From positions 453 to 64,452 of the forward strand of contig CAMMDQ010000003.1 in assembly GCA_946495675.1 (NCBI GenBank): DNA of 64,000 nt. The letters are read 5' to 3'. This DNA is from an uncultured Bacillota bacterium (GTDB lineage Bacteria; Bacillota; Clostridia; Christensenellales; UBA1242). The notes beneath the pieces were generated by a model that was not told the origin of the DNA, made no database searches, and worked only from the letters and a program-made list of their open reading frames with translations. Each line of letters begins with the position of its first letter. Position 1 is the stretch's first letter. The translations under genes and the position numbers were made by a program. This document shows positions 10,765-19,619 of the stretch, piece by piece.

Positions 10765-11430
10765 ATGAAAAAGAAAACCCTTGTTTCTGTTTCAACAGAT
10801 CCAATAGAGGATTACCAAACTTTGCTTGAATATGCAAAGACTCTTCAAGGTAAAGCTGATTTTTTGCATTGCGATGTTATGGATGGAGTTTTTGTTGAGC
10901 GAAAAACGCTTTCCGCACAGATGGTTAACAATATCAATGCAAACAGTTTGATTATGCTTGACGTGCATCTTATGTGCGAAGATCCGACGAAAATGGTTAA
11001 AGAATTTGCAAAGGCGGGGGCGAATATTATAACTGTTCACTACGAGGCATTTAAGGATATTGAAAAACTTGATAAAGCCATTGATGAAATACATGCAAAC
11101 AATGCTCTGGCAGGCATTGCGATTAATCCGCAGACACCAATAAAAAACATAAAAATTTGTTTGTATAAAATTGATTTAGTTTTAGTCATGAGTGTTGTTC
11201 CGGGGCAAAGTGGTCAGAAATTCATCCCTCAAACAATAGATAAGATTGCAGAGCTTGCGAAATTGCGAAGCTTTAATTCTTATAATTATAAAATAGAAGT
11301 AGACGGCGGTATAAATTTTGAAACAGCGAAAAAAGCTGTTGATGCTGGTGCCGACATGTTAGTCAGCGGAAGCTTTGTTTACAATGCTAAAGACCGAAAT
11401 GAAGTCATTGAGATGATGCAAGGAATTTAA
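10765..11430 (+). CDS. rpe: ribulose-phosphate 3-epimerase
   Basis: LHCDVMDG, DVHLM, VMSVVPGQSGQKF and VDGGIN motifs. rsgA-rpe synteny as in Bacillus. Confidence 0.9.
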   Translation: MKKKTLVSVSTDPIEDYQTLLEYAKTLQGKADFLHCDVMDGVFVERKTLSAQMVNNINANSLIMLDVHLMCEDPTKMVKEFAKAGANIITVHYEAFKDIEKLDKAIDEIHANNALAGIAINPQTPIKNIKICLYKIDLVLVMSVVPGQSGQKFIPQTIDKIAELAKLRSFNSYNYKIEVDGGINFETAKKAVDAGADMLVSGSFVYNAKDRNEVIEMMQGI

Positions 11431-11485
11431 CAAACATATTGCAAGTTTAAAGTTGATGTAGTATAATGTTACAAAGGGGGATAAA

Positions 11486-11881
11486 ATGTGGTTTAGAAAA
11501 AATAAAAAAGAACAAAAAGAAAAAACAATTTCTGAAAGAAGATCTAAAGAAAAAACTTTGGCTAGTGCGCAAGAAGAAAAAATGGCTGTTAAAAATAAAA
11601 ATTTGCAAGGTAAAAAATCTTCTAAAATCAAAGAAGCGACTGTTGAAAAAGACAAAAAGATGGAAGCTGAAAAGACAAAAAAAGCAATCTATCGTGTGGT
11701 TTTTTCAAAAGAGAACAACGTTTGGCAAATCAAAAAAGATGGAGCTAAACGCGTTATTGACAGCAAAATTACAAAAGAGGAGGCTTTGGAAAGGGTCCGA
11801 CAGCTCAGCGAAAGTCAGGAAATTAAATTTGTTGTTCATAAAAAAGATGGGAAATTCCAGAAAAAATCAAATTTAAGATAA
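11486..11881 (+). CDS. lysine-rich protein with DUF2188-like C-terminal domain
   Basis: The C-terminus YRVVFSKENNVWQIKKDGAKRVIDSKITKEEALERVRQLS...VVHKKDGKFQ fits the DUF2188 pattern. The overlapping ORF 11466..11876 is an alternative frame of the same A/G-rich DNA. Confidence 0.55.
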   Translation: MWFRKNKKEQKEKTISERRSKEKTLASAQEEKMAVKNKNLQGKKSSKIKEATVEKDKKMEAEKTKKAIYRVVFSKENNVWQIKKDGAKRVIDSKITKEEALERVRQLSESQEIKFVVHKKDGKFQKKSNLR

Positions 11882-11885
11882 AAAA

Positions 11886-11908
11886 ACGCCAAAAAAAGGC
11901 GTTTTTTT
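11886..11908. terminator. bidirectional intrinsic terminator between convergent genes
   Basis: acgcc-aaaaaaa-ggcgt hairpin flanked by an A-run and a T-run. Confidence 0.7.
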
Positions 11909-11912
11909 AATT

Positions 11913-12560
11913 TTATTTTTGTTTGTAATATTTTTCAATCAAAGCACAAGCTTTTTGTTTTATTTGATTGTGAATTTCATCAATCGACTTTGTCGCATCA
12001 ATCACGGCAAAACGATTTTTTTCTTTTTCGGCCATAAAGCGATAGCCTTCATAAACTTTTTGATGAAACTCTAGCGGCTCGCTTTCCATGCGATCAAGAG
12101 AGCTCTCGCCCTTGCGTTTAAAAGCTATTTCCGGTTTGATTTCAAGATAGAAAGTTAGATCGGGTTTTAGCGAATTTAAAATCATTTTGTTTAATGCCAA
12201 AATTTCTTCTGCAGGCATAATTTGTCTTGCAAAACCTTGATAAGCGACTGTTGAATCGTAAAATCGATCGGCGACCACAATTTTTCCTTCTTCAAGTGCT
12301 GGTTTGATTACTTTTGTATAAATTTGGGCACGACTTGCCAAAAACAGCAAAAGTTCAGCTTTATCTGTGGGACTGTCTTGAGTAAAATTTAAAACAAGAT
12401 CCCTTATTTTCTCACCCAGAATCGTCCCGCCAGGTTCTCTGATGAAAACAAAATTATCTTTGTCTTGGCGAGTTTGAACAAATTGCTTAAAAAGTTGGAC
12501 TTGCGTGCTTTTCCCGCAAGCTTCACCACCTTCAAATGTTATAAAAAGACCTTTTTTCAT
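11913..12560 (-). CDS. tmk: thymidylate kinase
   Basis: MKKGLFITFEGGEACGKSTQ P-loop at the N-terminus plus the DRF motif. The track ORF extends to 12611, but the upstream 17 aa overlap the preceding gene and lack an RBS. Confidence 0.9.
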   Translation of the reverse strand: MKKGLFITFEGGEACGKSTQVQLFKQFVQTRQDKDNFVFIREPGGTILGEKIRDLVLNFTQDSPTDKAELLLFLASRAQIYTKVIKPALEEGKIVVADRFYDSTVAYQGFARQIMPAEEILALNKMILNSLKPDLTFYLEIKPEIAFKRKGESSLDRMESEPLEFHQKVYEGYRFMAEKEKNRFAVIDATKSIDEIHNQIKQKACALIEKYYKQK

Positions 12561-12574
12561 TCGTTTTTCCTTTT

Positions 12575-13693
12575 TTAATGACAATGTCCGTCGCAATCTC
12601 CGCAATCGCAACCAACAAATTCAATATATTTGTCAATATTTTTGGCTTTGTAAAAATTTTCACACATTTTATCTGTTGTAGTATAACCAGGTTCTGCACA
12701 AAGCAGTTCGGCGATTCTGTTGATCACAGTTGCACAAGTCAGCTCAACAGTGCTTGGTCTTTCAATAACCACTCGAGTGCTAGGCTCGCCCTCTATTGTC
12801 CAGTCATTGCAATCAAATTCATCTTTATCGTAAACTTTCCCTATGCATTGGCTCTCTATTACAATTCCTTCTTTTGTTGTAGTTGTTACAACAGCACTCA
12901 TTCCAGTGCAATCACCTTTTTTGATTGTCATGCCAAGAGTTGAACTTTCGATATTTCTTTTTGCAATTTGAGGAATGCATTTTTGTGTTTGTTCAATCAC
13001 ATGCAAACCAAGTTTTGAAGATAACCATCCATTAACATTCCACATATATGAAGGAGAGAATTTGCCTTCATTAATAAGTTTTTGGCGTTCCTCTGCAGAA
13101 ATATTGTCATTTGCAGCAACTTGTTTTTCAAATTCTTTTAAGCTAAGACCTGCGCCATGAACCCTTGCAAGTGAAATGCCATAATCTTCAACATTATAAC
13201 TTGACTGTCCCTTGATTTTTGTGATTTTGTGAGTTGCACCAGCGAGCACACTTATCAAGTTTCCCCAAAAAACATCTTGATAGCCACTTCCGCAAATGGT
13301 GCAGCCATGTTCTTTTGCAATTTTATCAAGTTTTTTAGCAAGTTTTGGATTTGAATTTTGTGCATAAAAAGCTTCTTCGCAAGTTGAGATGGCATTGACT
13401 CCATTTCGTGCACAAATTTCGTAAATAGGGTAGTTTTCAGCAAAAATGCTGGTCGTGGTTACAACAACCACGTCAACTTCGTGAGTTTGCAAAAATTTCC
13501 CCACTTCTTTTGCGTCTTCAATTTTCACATTTAGCTTTTTGTCTGAGCCAATAATCTGTGAAATGTCTTTACCAATTAAGTCGGGATTTATATCGAAAGC
13601 GCCAACAATTTTAAGCCCTTTTTCTAATGCGTAACGCATTGTATAAGCGCTCATTTTTCCGCAACCATATTGAACCATTGTAATTTTTCTCAT
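12575..13693 (-). CDS. NAD(P)-binding oxidoreductase of the DapB-N/amine-dehydrogenase (2,4-diaminopentanoate dehydrogenase-like) type, with a Cys/Asp/His-rich C-terminal tail
   Basis: N-terminal Rossmann pattern MVQYGCGKMSAYT..GAFD and a central GSGYQDVFWGNL segment resembling the family. Terminal VGCDCGDCDGHCH. Assignment is from memory of the family, not a search. Confidence 0.45.
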   Translation of the reverse strand: MRKITMVQYGCGKMSAYTMRYALEKGLKIVGAFDINPDLIGKDISQIIGSDKKLNVKIEDAKEVGKFLQTHEVDVVVVTTTSIFAENYPIYEICARNGVNAISTCEEAFYAQNSNPKLAKKLDKIAKEHGCTICGSGYQDVFWGNLISVLAGATHKITKIKGQSSYNVEDYGISLARVHGAGLSLKEFEKQVAANDNISAEERQKLINEGKFSPSYMWNVNGWLSSKLGLHVIEQTQKCIPQIAKRNIESSTLGMTIKKGDCTGMSAVVTTTTKEGIVIESQCIGKVYDKDEFDCNDWTIEGEPSTRVVIERPSTVELTCATVINRIAELLCAEPGYTTTDKMCENFYKAKNIDKYIEFVGCDCGDCDGHCH

Positions 13694-13773
13694 AGTTTAC
13701 CTCCAAGATTTATTATAAGTTAGAAATGTTTTTTTACAAAACAATTTAACATGTTTTGATAAAATGTTGTTAA

Positions 13774-15585
13774 TCAAGCATTTTTATGAAAGTGATTGTA
13801 AATTGTTTGAGCAAGCAGCTTATTGATTCCCTTTACGCTTTCAAGCTCTTCAACCGAGGCTTGTTTTATTTTTTCACTTGTTCCAAAAATGTTTAACAGA
13901 ATATCTCTTTTTTTAGGCCCAACTCCAGCAATTTCATCAAGTTCTGTGTATGTCTGTTGTTTTTGTCGAATTTGTCTATGGAAGGTGATCGCAAATCGAT
14001 GAGCTTCATCTCGAATTCTTTGCAACAGACGAAGTTCGACTGAACCTTTTTTCAAAATAATTGGAGAGCTTTGCTCAAGAACAAAGACTTCTTCCTGCTT
14101 TTTTGCAAGAGAAATCAAATCAATATCAAAGTCAAATTGATTCAAAATTTGATAAACTGAAGAAAGTTGCCCCTTTCCGCCATCAATCACAATAAGATCG
14201 GGTTTTTCTTTAAAACTTTCGCCCCGGCCTTCTTTGAGCCTTTCAAAACGGCGGGTTAACGCTTCTTGTAAACTTGCAAAGTCGTTTGCGCCTTTAACTT
14301 TTTTTATTTTAAATTTACGGTAATCTTTTTTGCTTATTTCTCCATTTTTGAAAACTACCATAGAACAAACTTGATTTGTTCCACTAATGTTTGAAATATC
14401 GTAACATTCCATTCGAAGTGGTAAATTTTTCAATTTAAGCTTTTCTTTCAATTCTTTAACCGCTCCCATGGTGTTGTTGTATTTGATTTTTTCTTTTTCA
14501 ATGTATTTTTCAAGATATTCTTCTGCATTTTCGTCGGCCATTTCAAGCAATCGTTTATTTATTCCATGAGGGTTTGAAATAAAGTTGATTTTTTTGCCCA
14601 AATAACTTTCCAGCAAACTTTGGTCAGGAATCTCATGAGAGGTGATGATTTCACTAGCGACAGCCATGTTTTGATAATACTGCATAATAAAGTTAAACAA
14701 GGTTTGATTTTCTTCAAGCTCAGCATCAAAACAAGGGTAGTTTATCACTCCAAGAATTTTGCCTCCACGCACAACCATCACGCAAATGACACCACTCAAA
14801 CCATTGCTGTGATAGGCAAATATGTCTTTATCAACATTTTTTGGAAGATTTGCCACAACACGACTTTTGAGTTTTTCGACCATCTTCAATCTGTCTCGCA
14901 AAATGATTGCTTGTTCAAAATTTTCATTATCTGAGGCATTTTTCATTTTTTGAGTCAAAATTTGTTCAATTTCTTCATCATTTCCGTTTAAAAAGTTGAT
15001 AACTTTGTCAATTTCTTTGCGATAGTCTTCAGTTGAGATCTTTTTTGTGCAAGGTGCTGAACAAAGCCCCATAGAGTAGTTTAAACATTCTCGTTTTGCT
15101 TTTGAAGTGTCGGTGATCTTGAGTGAACAAGTCCTTATTTTGAACGCAGAGTTTATTGTTTTTACGATTTCTCGGGCATCTAATCCTGCAAAGTAAGGTC
15201 CAAAGTATTTGGCTCCATCTTTTTTTACTTTTCTGACGATTTCAAGTCTCGGATAGGGCACTTTTAAATCGATTTTAATATATGGAAATTGTTTTCCATC
15301 TTTAAGGAGTATATTATAAAAAGGTTGATATTTTTTGATTAAATTACTTTCTAGTGCAAGAGCATCCATTTCAGATGCAGTTATGAAATATTCAAAGTCG
15401 TCAATATTATCAACCATAGCTTGAACTTTGCTTGGTTTTGGTGAAGAGCGAAAGTATTGACTAACTCTATTTTTCAAATTTTTTGCTTTGCCAACATAGA
15501 TCACGACGCCTTCAGCATCATGCATAACATAAACGCCTGGTTTTGTTGTCAGTGATTTAAGCTTTTCTTTAATCTTTTTATTCAT
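13774..15585 (-). CDS. uvrC: excinuclease ABC subunit C
   Basis: GIY-YIG N-terminus (GVYVMHDAEGVVIYVGKAKNLKNRVSQYF), UVR domain, endonuclease V-like domain and C-terminal HhH (GVGPKKRDILL). Confidence 0.95.
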   Translation of the reverse strand: MNKKIKEKLKSLTTKPGVYVMHDAEGVVIYVGKAKNLKNRVSQYFRSSPKPSKVQAMVDNIDDFEYFITASEMDALALESNLIKKYQPFYNILLKDGKQFPYIKIDLKVPYPRLEIVRKVKKDGAKYFGPYFAGLDAREIVKTINSAFKIRTCSLKITDTSKAKRECLNYSMGLCSAPCTKKISTEDYRKEIDKVINFLNGNDEEIEQILTQKMKNASDNENFEQAIILRDRLKMVEKLKSRVVANLPKNVDKDIFAYHSNGLSGVICVMVVRGGKILGVINYPCFDAELEENQTLFNFIMQYYQNMAVASEIITSHEIPDQSLLESYLGKKINFISNPHGINKRLLEMADENAEEYLEKYIEKEKIKYNNTMGAVKELKEKLKLKNLPLRMECYDISNISGTNQVCSMVVFKNGEISKKDYRKFKIKKVKGANDFASLQEALTRRFERLKEGRGESFKEKPDLIVIDGGKGQLSSVYQILNQFDFDIDLISLAKKQEEVFVLEQSSPIILKKGSVELRLLQRIRDEAHRFAITFHRQIRQKQQTYTELDEIAGVGPKKRDILLNIFGTSEKIKQASVEELESVKGINKLLAQTIYNHFHKNA

Positions 15586-15842
15586 AATTTTATTATAGTC
15601 AATTTTGCAATAAAATCAAATAAAAAAAGATAGTCTTTTAGTCAAGTGGTTTGGAAAGCTAGCAGAATAATTTGTCATAAAAAGTGCTTTTAGCAATATC
15701 GCAAAGGAATATCGTTTTGTTTCAACAATTTTAAACTCGCTTTTATTACCACGCCGATTTATTTTTGGCCATACAGTAGACAAAGCATAAAATTTTATGA
15801 TACAATAAATTCAGTTGAAAATCAAAAAATCAAAGGATTTTT

Positions 15843-16757
15843 ATGGCGCATGTTATTGAAATAAAAAATTTGAAGAAATATTTTGGCAACACAAAAGCTG
15901 TTGACGATATTTCATTTTCTGTTGAAGAAGGCGGATTGTTTGCTTTTTTAGGGTTGAATGGAGCAGGCAAAAGCACAACCATCAATATTCTTGTTGGCGT
16001 GTTAAAGCGAGATAGTGGCGACTGTTTTGTTAACGGCTTTTCACTAGACGAAATTGATAAAATACTGCCAAGCATTGGCATAGTGTTTCAAACATCTGTA
16101 CTTGATAAAAAGCTATCTGTGTATGACAATTTAAGATATAGAGCAATGCTTTATGGCATGGATAAAAAAGAATTTGAAGATAATTTGAAATATTTTATAG
16201 AAAAACTCGACATCGGGCAAGTCTTAAAAAAACCACTTGACAAGTTAAGTGGTGGGCAAAAGCGAAAAGTGGATATTGTGAGAGCGCTTTTGCATAAGCC
16301 AAGCATTTTAATCCTTGACGAGCCAACAACGGGTCTTGACCCTAAGACAAGAAAGCTTGTTTGGAATATGATTAACCAGTTAAGAAAAACAACAAATTTG
16401 ACAGTGCTATTAACCACTCATTATATGGAAGAGGCAAGTATTGCCGATAATGTTGTTATTATTGATGGTGGAAAAATTGTTGCCGAAGGTTCTCCTTTAA
16501 GCTTGAAAAACAGGTATGCCAATGATTATATCAAGGCATATTCATACGACAACAGTATTTTTGAGATTTTGGATAAGGCAAAAATGCCTTACAAAAAAGA
16601 TAAGAACTATTTAGAAATACTGTTTAAAAGCACAGATGAAGCGAAAAATTTTCTAGTGAAGCACAACAATCTTTTTAAAGATATTGAAATTGTAAAAGGG
16701 TCAATGGACGATGTCTTTTTATCTATCACAGGAAAAGAGTTAAAGGAGAATATATGA
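15843..16757 (+). CDS. ABC transporter ATP-binding protein (ABC-2 type)
   Basis: Walker A GLNGAGKST, signature LSGGQKRK and Walker B ILILDEPT. Confidence 0.9.
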   Translation: MAHVIEIKNLKKYFGNTKAVDDISFSVEEGGLFAFLGLNGAGKSTTINILVGVLKRDSGDCFVNGFSLDEIDKILPSIGIVFQTSVLDKKLSVYDNLRYRAMLYGMDKKEFEDNLKYFIEKLDIGQVLKKPLDKLSGGQKRKVDIVRALLHKPSILILDEPTTGLDPKTRKLVWNMINQLRKTTNLTVLLTTHYMEEASIADNVVIIDGGKIVAEGSPLSLKNRYANDYIKAYSYDNSIFEILDKAKMPYKKDKNYLEILFKSTDEAKNFLVKHNNLFKDIEIVKGSMDDVFLSITGKELKENI

Positions 16758-17665
16758 ATAAACAGTCAGAACTAAAAAAAATGAACTATTTGACTCTTCG
16801 AAATATAAAATTATATTTTAAAGACAAAATGACCTTTTTGGTTTCACTAATAACCCCACTTATTTTACTTGTTCTCTTTATAGCTTTTTTAAACTCAACT
16901 TATGAAGATAGTATTCTTTCAATAATTCAAGATTTTGATTTAGACCAAAGTTTAATTGATGCTTTCACTGGCGGGTGGCTGTTCTCATCCGTTCTTGCAA
17001 CTTCTTGTATAACTGTTGCATTTTGTTCAGGGATGATGGTTATTGATAAAATAAATAGAGTAGACATAGACTTTATGGTATCGCCAGTTAAAAAAAGCAC
17101 GCTCCAACTAAGTTATGTGTTGGCAAATTTATTTTCCACATTTATAATCACTTTTGTTTTACTTATAATCGGGCTAATTTATCTAGCTTGCGTTGGGTTT
17201 TACATCACTTTTGTTGATTTTTTATTGATTGTTTTTGGGATTATTATAACCTCGCTTTTTGGTACAATTTTAGCGAATATAATTTGGACCTTCACCCATT
17301 CCCAAGGAGTAGTAAGTGGAGTTTGCACTCTTGTTTCTGCCTTGTACGGATTTATTTGTGGTGCATATATGCCGATTAACACAATGGGGCAAGGTATGCA
17401 ATACTTTGTTTCTCTTTTGCCAGGCACTTACGCAACCGTTTTGTTCAGACAAGGGTTTCTAAACAGTGTTTTAAATAGAATGAGAGAAACTTTGCCACAA
17501 GAAATGATAAATGGTATTGCCAGCGGGTTTGATGTGAAAATGTCGTTTTTCGGCCATGATGTTTCAACACTTGCACTGATTTTGGTGATAAGCATTTCAA
17601 CAATTGTATTGCTTGGAGTTTTCTTGTTAATAAACGGATTAAAGAAAAGAACTAGAACTCACTAG
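16754..17665 (+). CDS. ABC-2 type transporter permease
   Basis: ATGA-coupled to the ATPase gene. Six hydrophobic segments. Confidence 0.75.
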   Translation: MNKQSELKKMNYLTLRNIKLYFKDKMTFLVSLITPLILLVLFIAFLNSTYEDSILSIIQDFDLDQSLIDAFTGGWLFSSVLATSCITVAFCSGMMVIDKINRVDIDFMVSPVKKSTLQLSYVLANLFSTFIITFVLLIIGLIYLACVGFYITFVDFLLIVFGIIITSLFGTILANIIWTFTHSQGVVSGVCTLVSALYGFICGAYMPINTMGQGMQYFVSLLPGTYATVLFRQGFLNSVLNRMRETLPQEMINGIASGFDVKMSFFGHDVSTLALILVISISTIVLLGVFLLINGLKKRTRTH

Positions 17666-17795
17666 TCTGAAAATCCACTTGTTTTAACTTTAGAAATCTA
17701 AAAATCTGCTTTGTTTTACTTGAGCATTTTTTAAATTTTTACCACCTTCAAAAACTTTCAACAATGTATATTGTTTTTTAAATTTAATAAAAAAA

Positions 17796-17821
17796 GAGTT
17801 TTACTTCAAAAAGTAGAACTC
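17796..17821. terminator. bidirectional intrinsic terminator (ABC permease / hisS convergent)
   Basis: 10-bp stem gagttttact/agtagaactc flanked by an A-run and a T-run. Confidence 0.65.
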
Positions 17822-17864
17822 CTTTTGTTTATTTTGCAAATTTTAAAATTTATAGCCTTTATTG

Positions 17865-19190
17865 TCAATTTTTTGATGTGTTTTTCAAAAGCAGAGCCAA
17901 GCAATCTTCTTTTGAGAGATTTTGTTGAGTTGAATTTGCCATATTTTTAAGAGCATAGATTTGATTTTTTATTTCATCTTCACCCACAATCAAAATGTAT
18001 GGAATGTTTTGCTTGTTTGCATCTTTCATCTTAGCCTTAAAAGAGCGGTTCTCATAGGCGACCTCGCACTGCAGTTGTTGCGAAAAATATTGCTGCAGTT
18101 GCAAGCACTCACTCAAGGTGTTTCCAAGAGGAATGATTTGAAGGTCGATGTTCGTCGAAGGGTTTGCCTTTAACATATTATTCGCCATAAGAAGGTCAAA
18201 CAGTCTGGTAAAACCTATGCTTAATCCCACCCCAGGGAAATTTTTTTCTGAAAAATATGAAGCCAAATTGTCATATCTTCCGCCGCCACAGACCGTGCCA
18301 AATTCTTTATGAGAAGGGATTATGGCTTCAAAAACTGTGCCGGTGTAGTAATCTTGCCCCCTTATTATAGACAGGTCAAGCAGGATTTTGTTTTGGTTTA
18401 TTCCCATATTTTTTGCGTAGGAGTAAACTTCTTTGAGCTCTGAGACTCCTTTCAAAAAGGTTTGGTTTGTAGATAAATTTTCAATTTTTGGCAAAATTTC
18501 GTCAAAATTGCCTCTTTTTTCAATAATTTCAATCAATTTTGCGATATCTTGTGTTTTTATATTCAACTTTTCTAGTTCTTGCTTAGCGTTTTCTTTTCCA
18601 ATTTTATTGATTTTGTCAAGAATGGTTAAAATTTGTTTTAATTCCTTTTGGTAACCAAGACCTTCAATGTAGCCAAACAAAATATTTCTGTTTGACACCT
18701 GATTGACAATGTCAAGGCCGAGTTTTTCAAAAACTTCATCTACCATTTTTAAACATTCGCCATCGGCAACAAGTGAAAGCTCTCCGTTGCCAATAATGTC
18801 AGCATCGCATTGCACAAATTCGCGAAATCTGCCTTTTTGCGCACGTTCTCCACGATAAACCTTGCCAATTTGAAAGCGTTTGAAAGGGTAGTGCAGCGTT
18901 TCGTTATGCATGGCCACAAATCTTGCCAAAGGAACAGTCAAGTCGTATCTCATGCAGATGTCAGTGTCGCCTTTAGTGAAGCGGTAGACCTCTTTGTCAA
19001 TCTCTCCGCCAGACTTTGCAAGAAGTATTTCGCTTAGTTCAAGCACAGGTGTGTCAAGCGGCAAAAAATTGTGTTTGAGATAAACACTTTTGATTTGGTC
19101 AAGCATATTGTCAAAAACAAGTTGGTCCTTAGGCTGAAGCTCCATAAAGCCTGACAATTTTCGTGGTTTTATGATTTTTTGTTCGTTCAT
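17865..19190 (-). CDS. hisS: histidine--tRNA ligase
   Basis: Class II aaRS motifs (FRYDLTVPLARF-like MRYDLTVPLARFV, YRGERAQKGRFREF, GGGRYDNL) and a C-terminal anticodon-binding domain. Start set at MNEQKIIKPRKL (GGGGA RBS). The track extension to 19322 runs into promoter and DnaA-box DNA. Confidence 0.9.
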   Translation of the reverse strand: MNEQKIIKPRKLSGFMELQPKDQLVFDNMLDQIKSVYLKHNFLPLDTPVLELSEILLAKSGGEIDKEVYRFTKGDTDICMRYDLTVPLARFVAMHNETLHYPFKRFQIGKVYRGERAQKGRFREFVQCDADIIGNGELSLVADGECLKMVDEVFEKLGLDIVNQVSNRNILFGYIEGLGYQKELKQILTILDKINKIGKENAKQELEKLNIKTQDIAKLIEIIEKRGNFDEILPKIENLSTNQTFLKGVSELKEVYSYAKNMGINQNKILLDLSIIRGQDYYTGTVFEAIIPSHKEFGTVCGGGRYDNLASYFSEKNFPGVGLSIGFTRLFDLLMANNMLKANPSTNIDLQIIPLGNTLSECLQLQQYFSQQLQCEVAYENRSFKAKMKDANKQNIPYILIVGEDEIKNQIYALKNMANSTQQNLSKEDCLALLLKNTSKN

Positions 19191-19311
19191 TTTTTCCCCT
19201 TTTTGTTCATTTATATTTGTGCAAAAGTTGTTTTGCAGAGCTGTTTTTATGATAAAAGATTTGTTATTTTCTGGACTTGCTCTCTCGCAGAGCCTAGATT
19301 TTACGCACAAG

Positions 19312-19332
19312 AAGTTATCCACATTTCCACAA
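19312..19332 (+). promoter_or_regulatory. 21-bp repeat copy 1 containing a perfect DnaA box TTATCCACA (19315..19323)
   Basis: AAGTTATCCACATTTCCACAA. It lies immediately downstream of an extended -10 (TGTATAAT on the minus strand, 19347..19340) reading toward hisS. Confidence 0.5.
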
Positions 19333-19406
19333 ATAAATAATTATACAAAACTGCTAATTTTTATGCATTTTGTAAAAATTTGCAGTTTTCCTATGCGGTT
19401 TTGGGC

Positions 19407-19427
19407 AAGTTATCCACATTTCCACAA
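19407..19427 (+). promoter_or_regulatory. 21-bp repeat copy 2 containing a perfect DnaA box TTATCCACA (19410..19418)
   Basis: Identical 21-mer located 95 bp from copy 1. Confidence 0.5.
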
Positions 19428-19619
19428 CCTTATCTTTGTTTTTTGCCTAATTTCAGCATTTTGAGCGGAAAAACAAGTGATTATAAATTGTTTGCAAGAG
19501 AAAAGTATTTTTACTTTTTTAGTATTTTGAAAAATATTCATCTGAAGGGCTTGTTATTAAAGCTGTTTTTATGCATAATTTTCAAATTTTAAATTAAGCC
19601 ATAGAGTTATTTATCTTTT

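Noticed and set aside
11466-11876. Alternative-frame 136-aa lysine-rich ORF overlapping 11486..11881
   Set aside because: The same A/G-rich DNA is open in two frames. Only the 11486 frame ends in a recognisable DUF2188-like domain and stops next to the terminator.
17865-19322. N-terminal extensions in track ORFs for hisS (to 19322), glnS (to 45698), tmk (to 12611), rplK (from 62621), rplL (to 57771), gyrA (to 24271), the ABC exporter (to 43699) and the giant protein (to 53684)
   Set aside because: In each case an internal ATG is preceded by a GGAGG-type RBS and matches the conserved N-terminus. The extensions cover promoters, leaders or neighbouring genes.
19191-19340. T-box riboswitch upstream of hisS
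   Set aside because: The leader is only about 140 nt. Neither the conserved T-box sequence (GGTGGTACCGCG-like) nor a terminator/antiterminator pair could be found on the minus strand.
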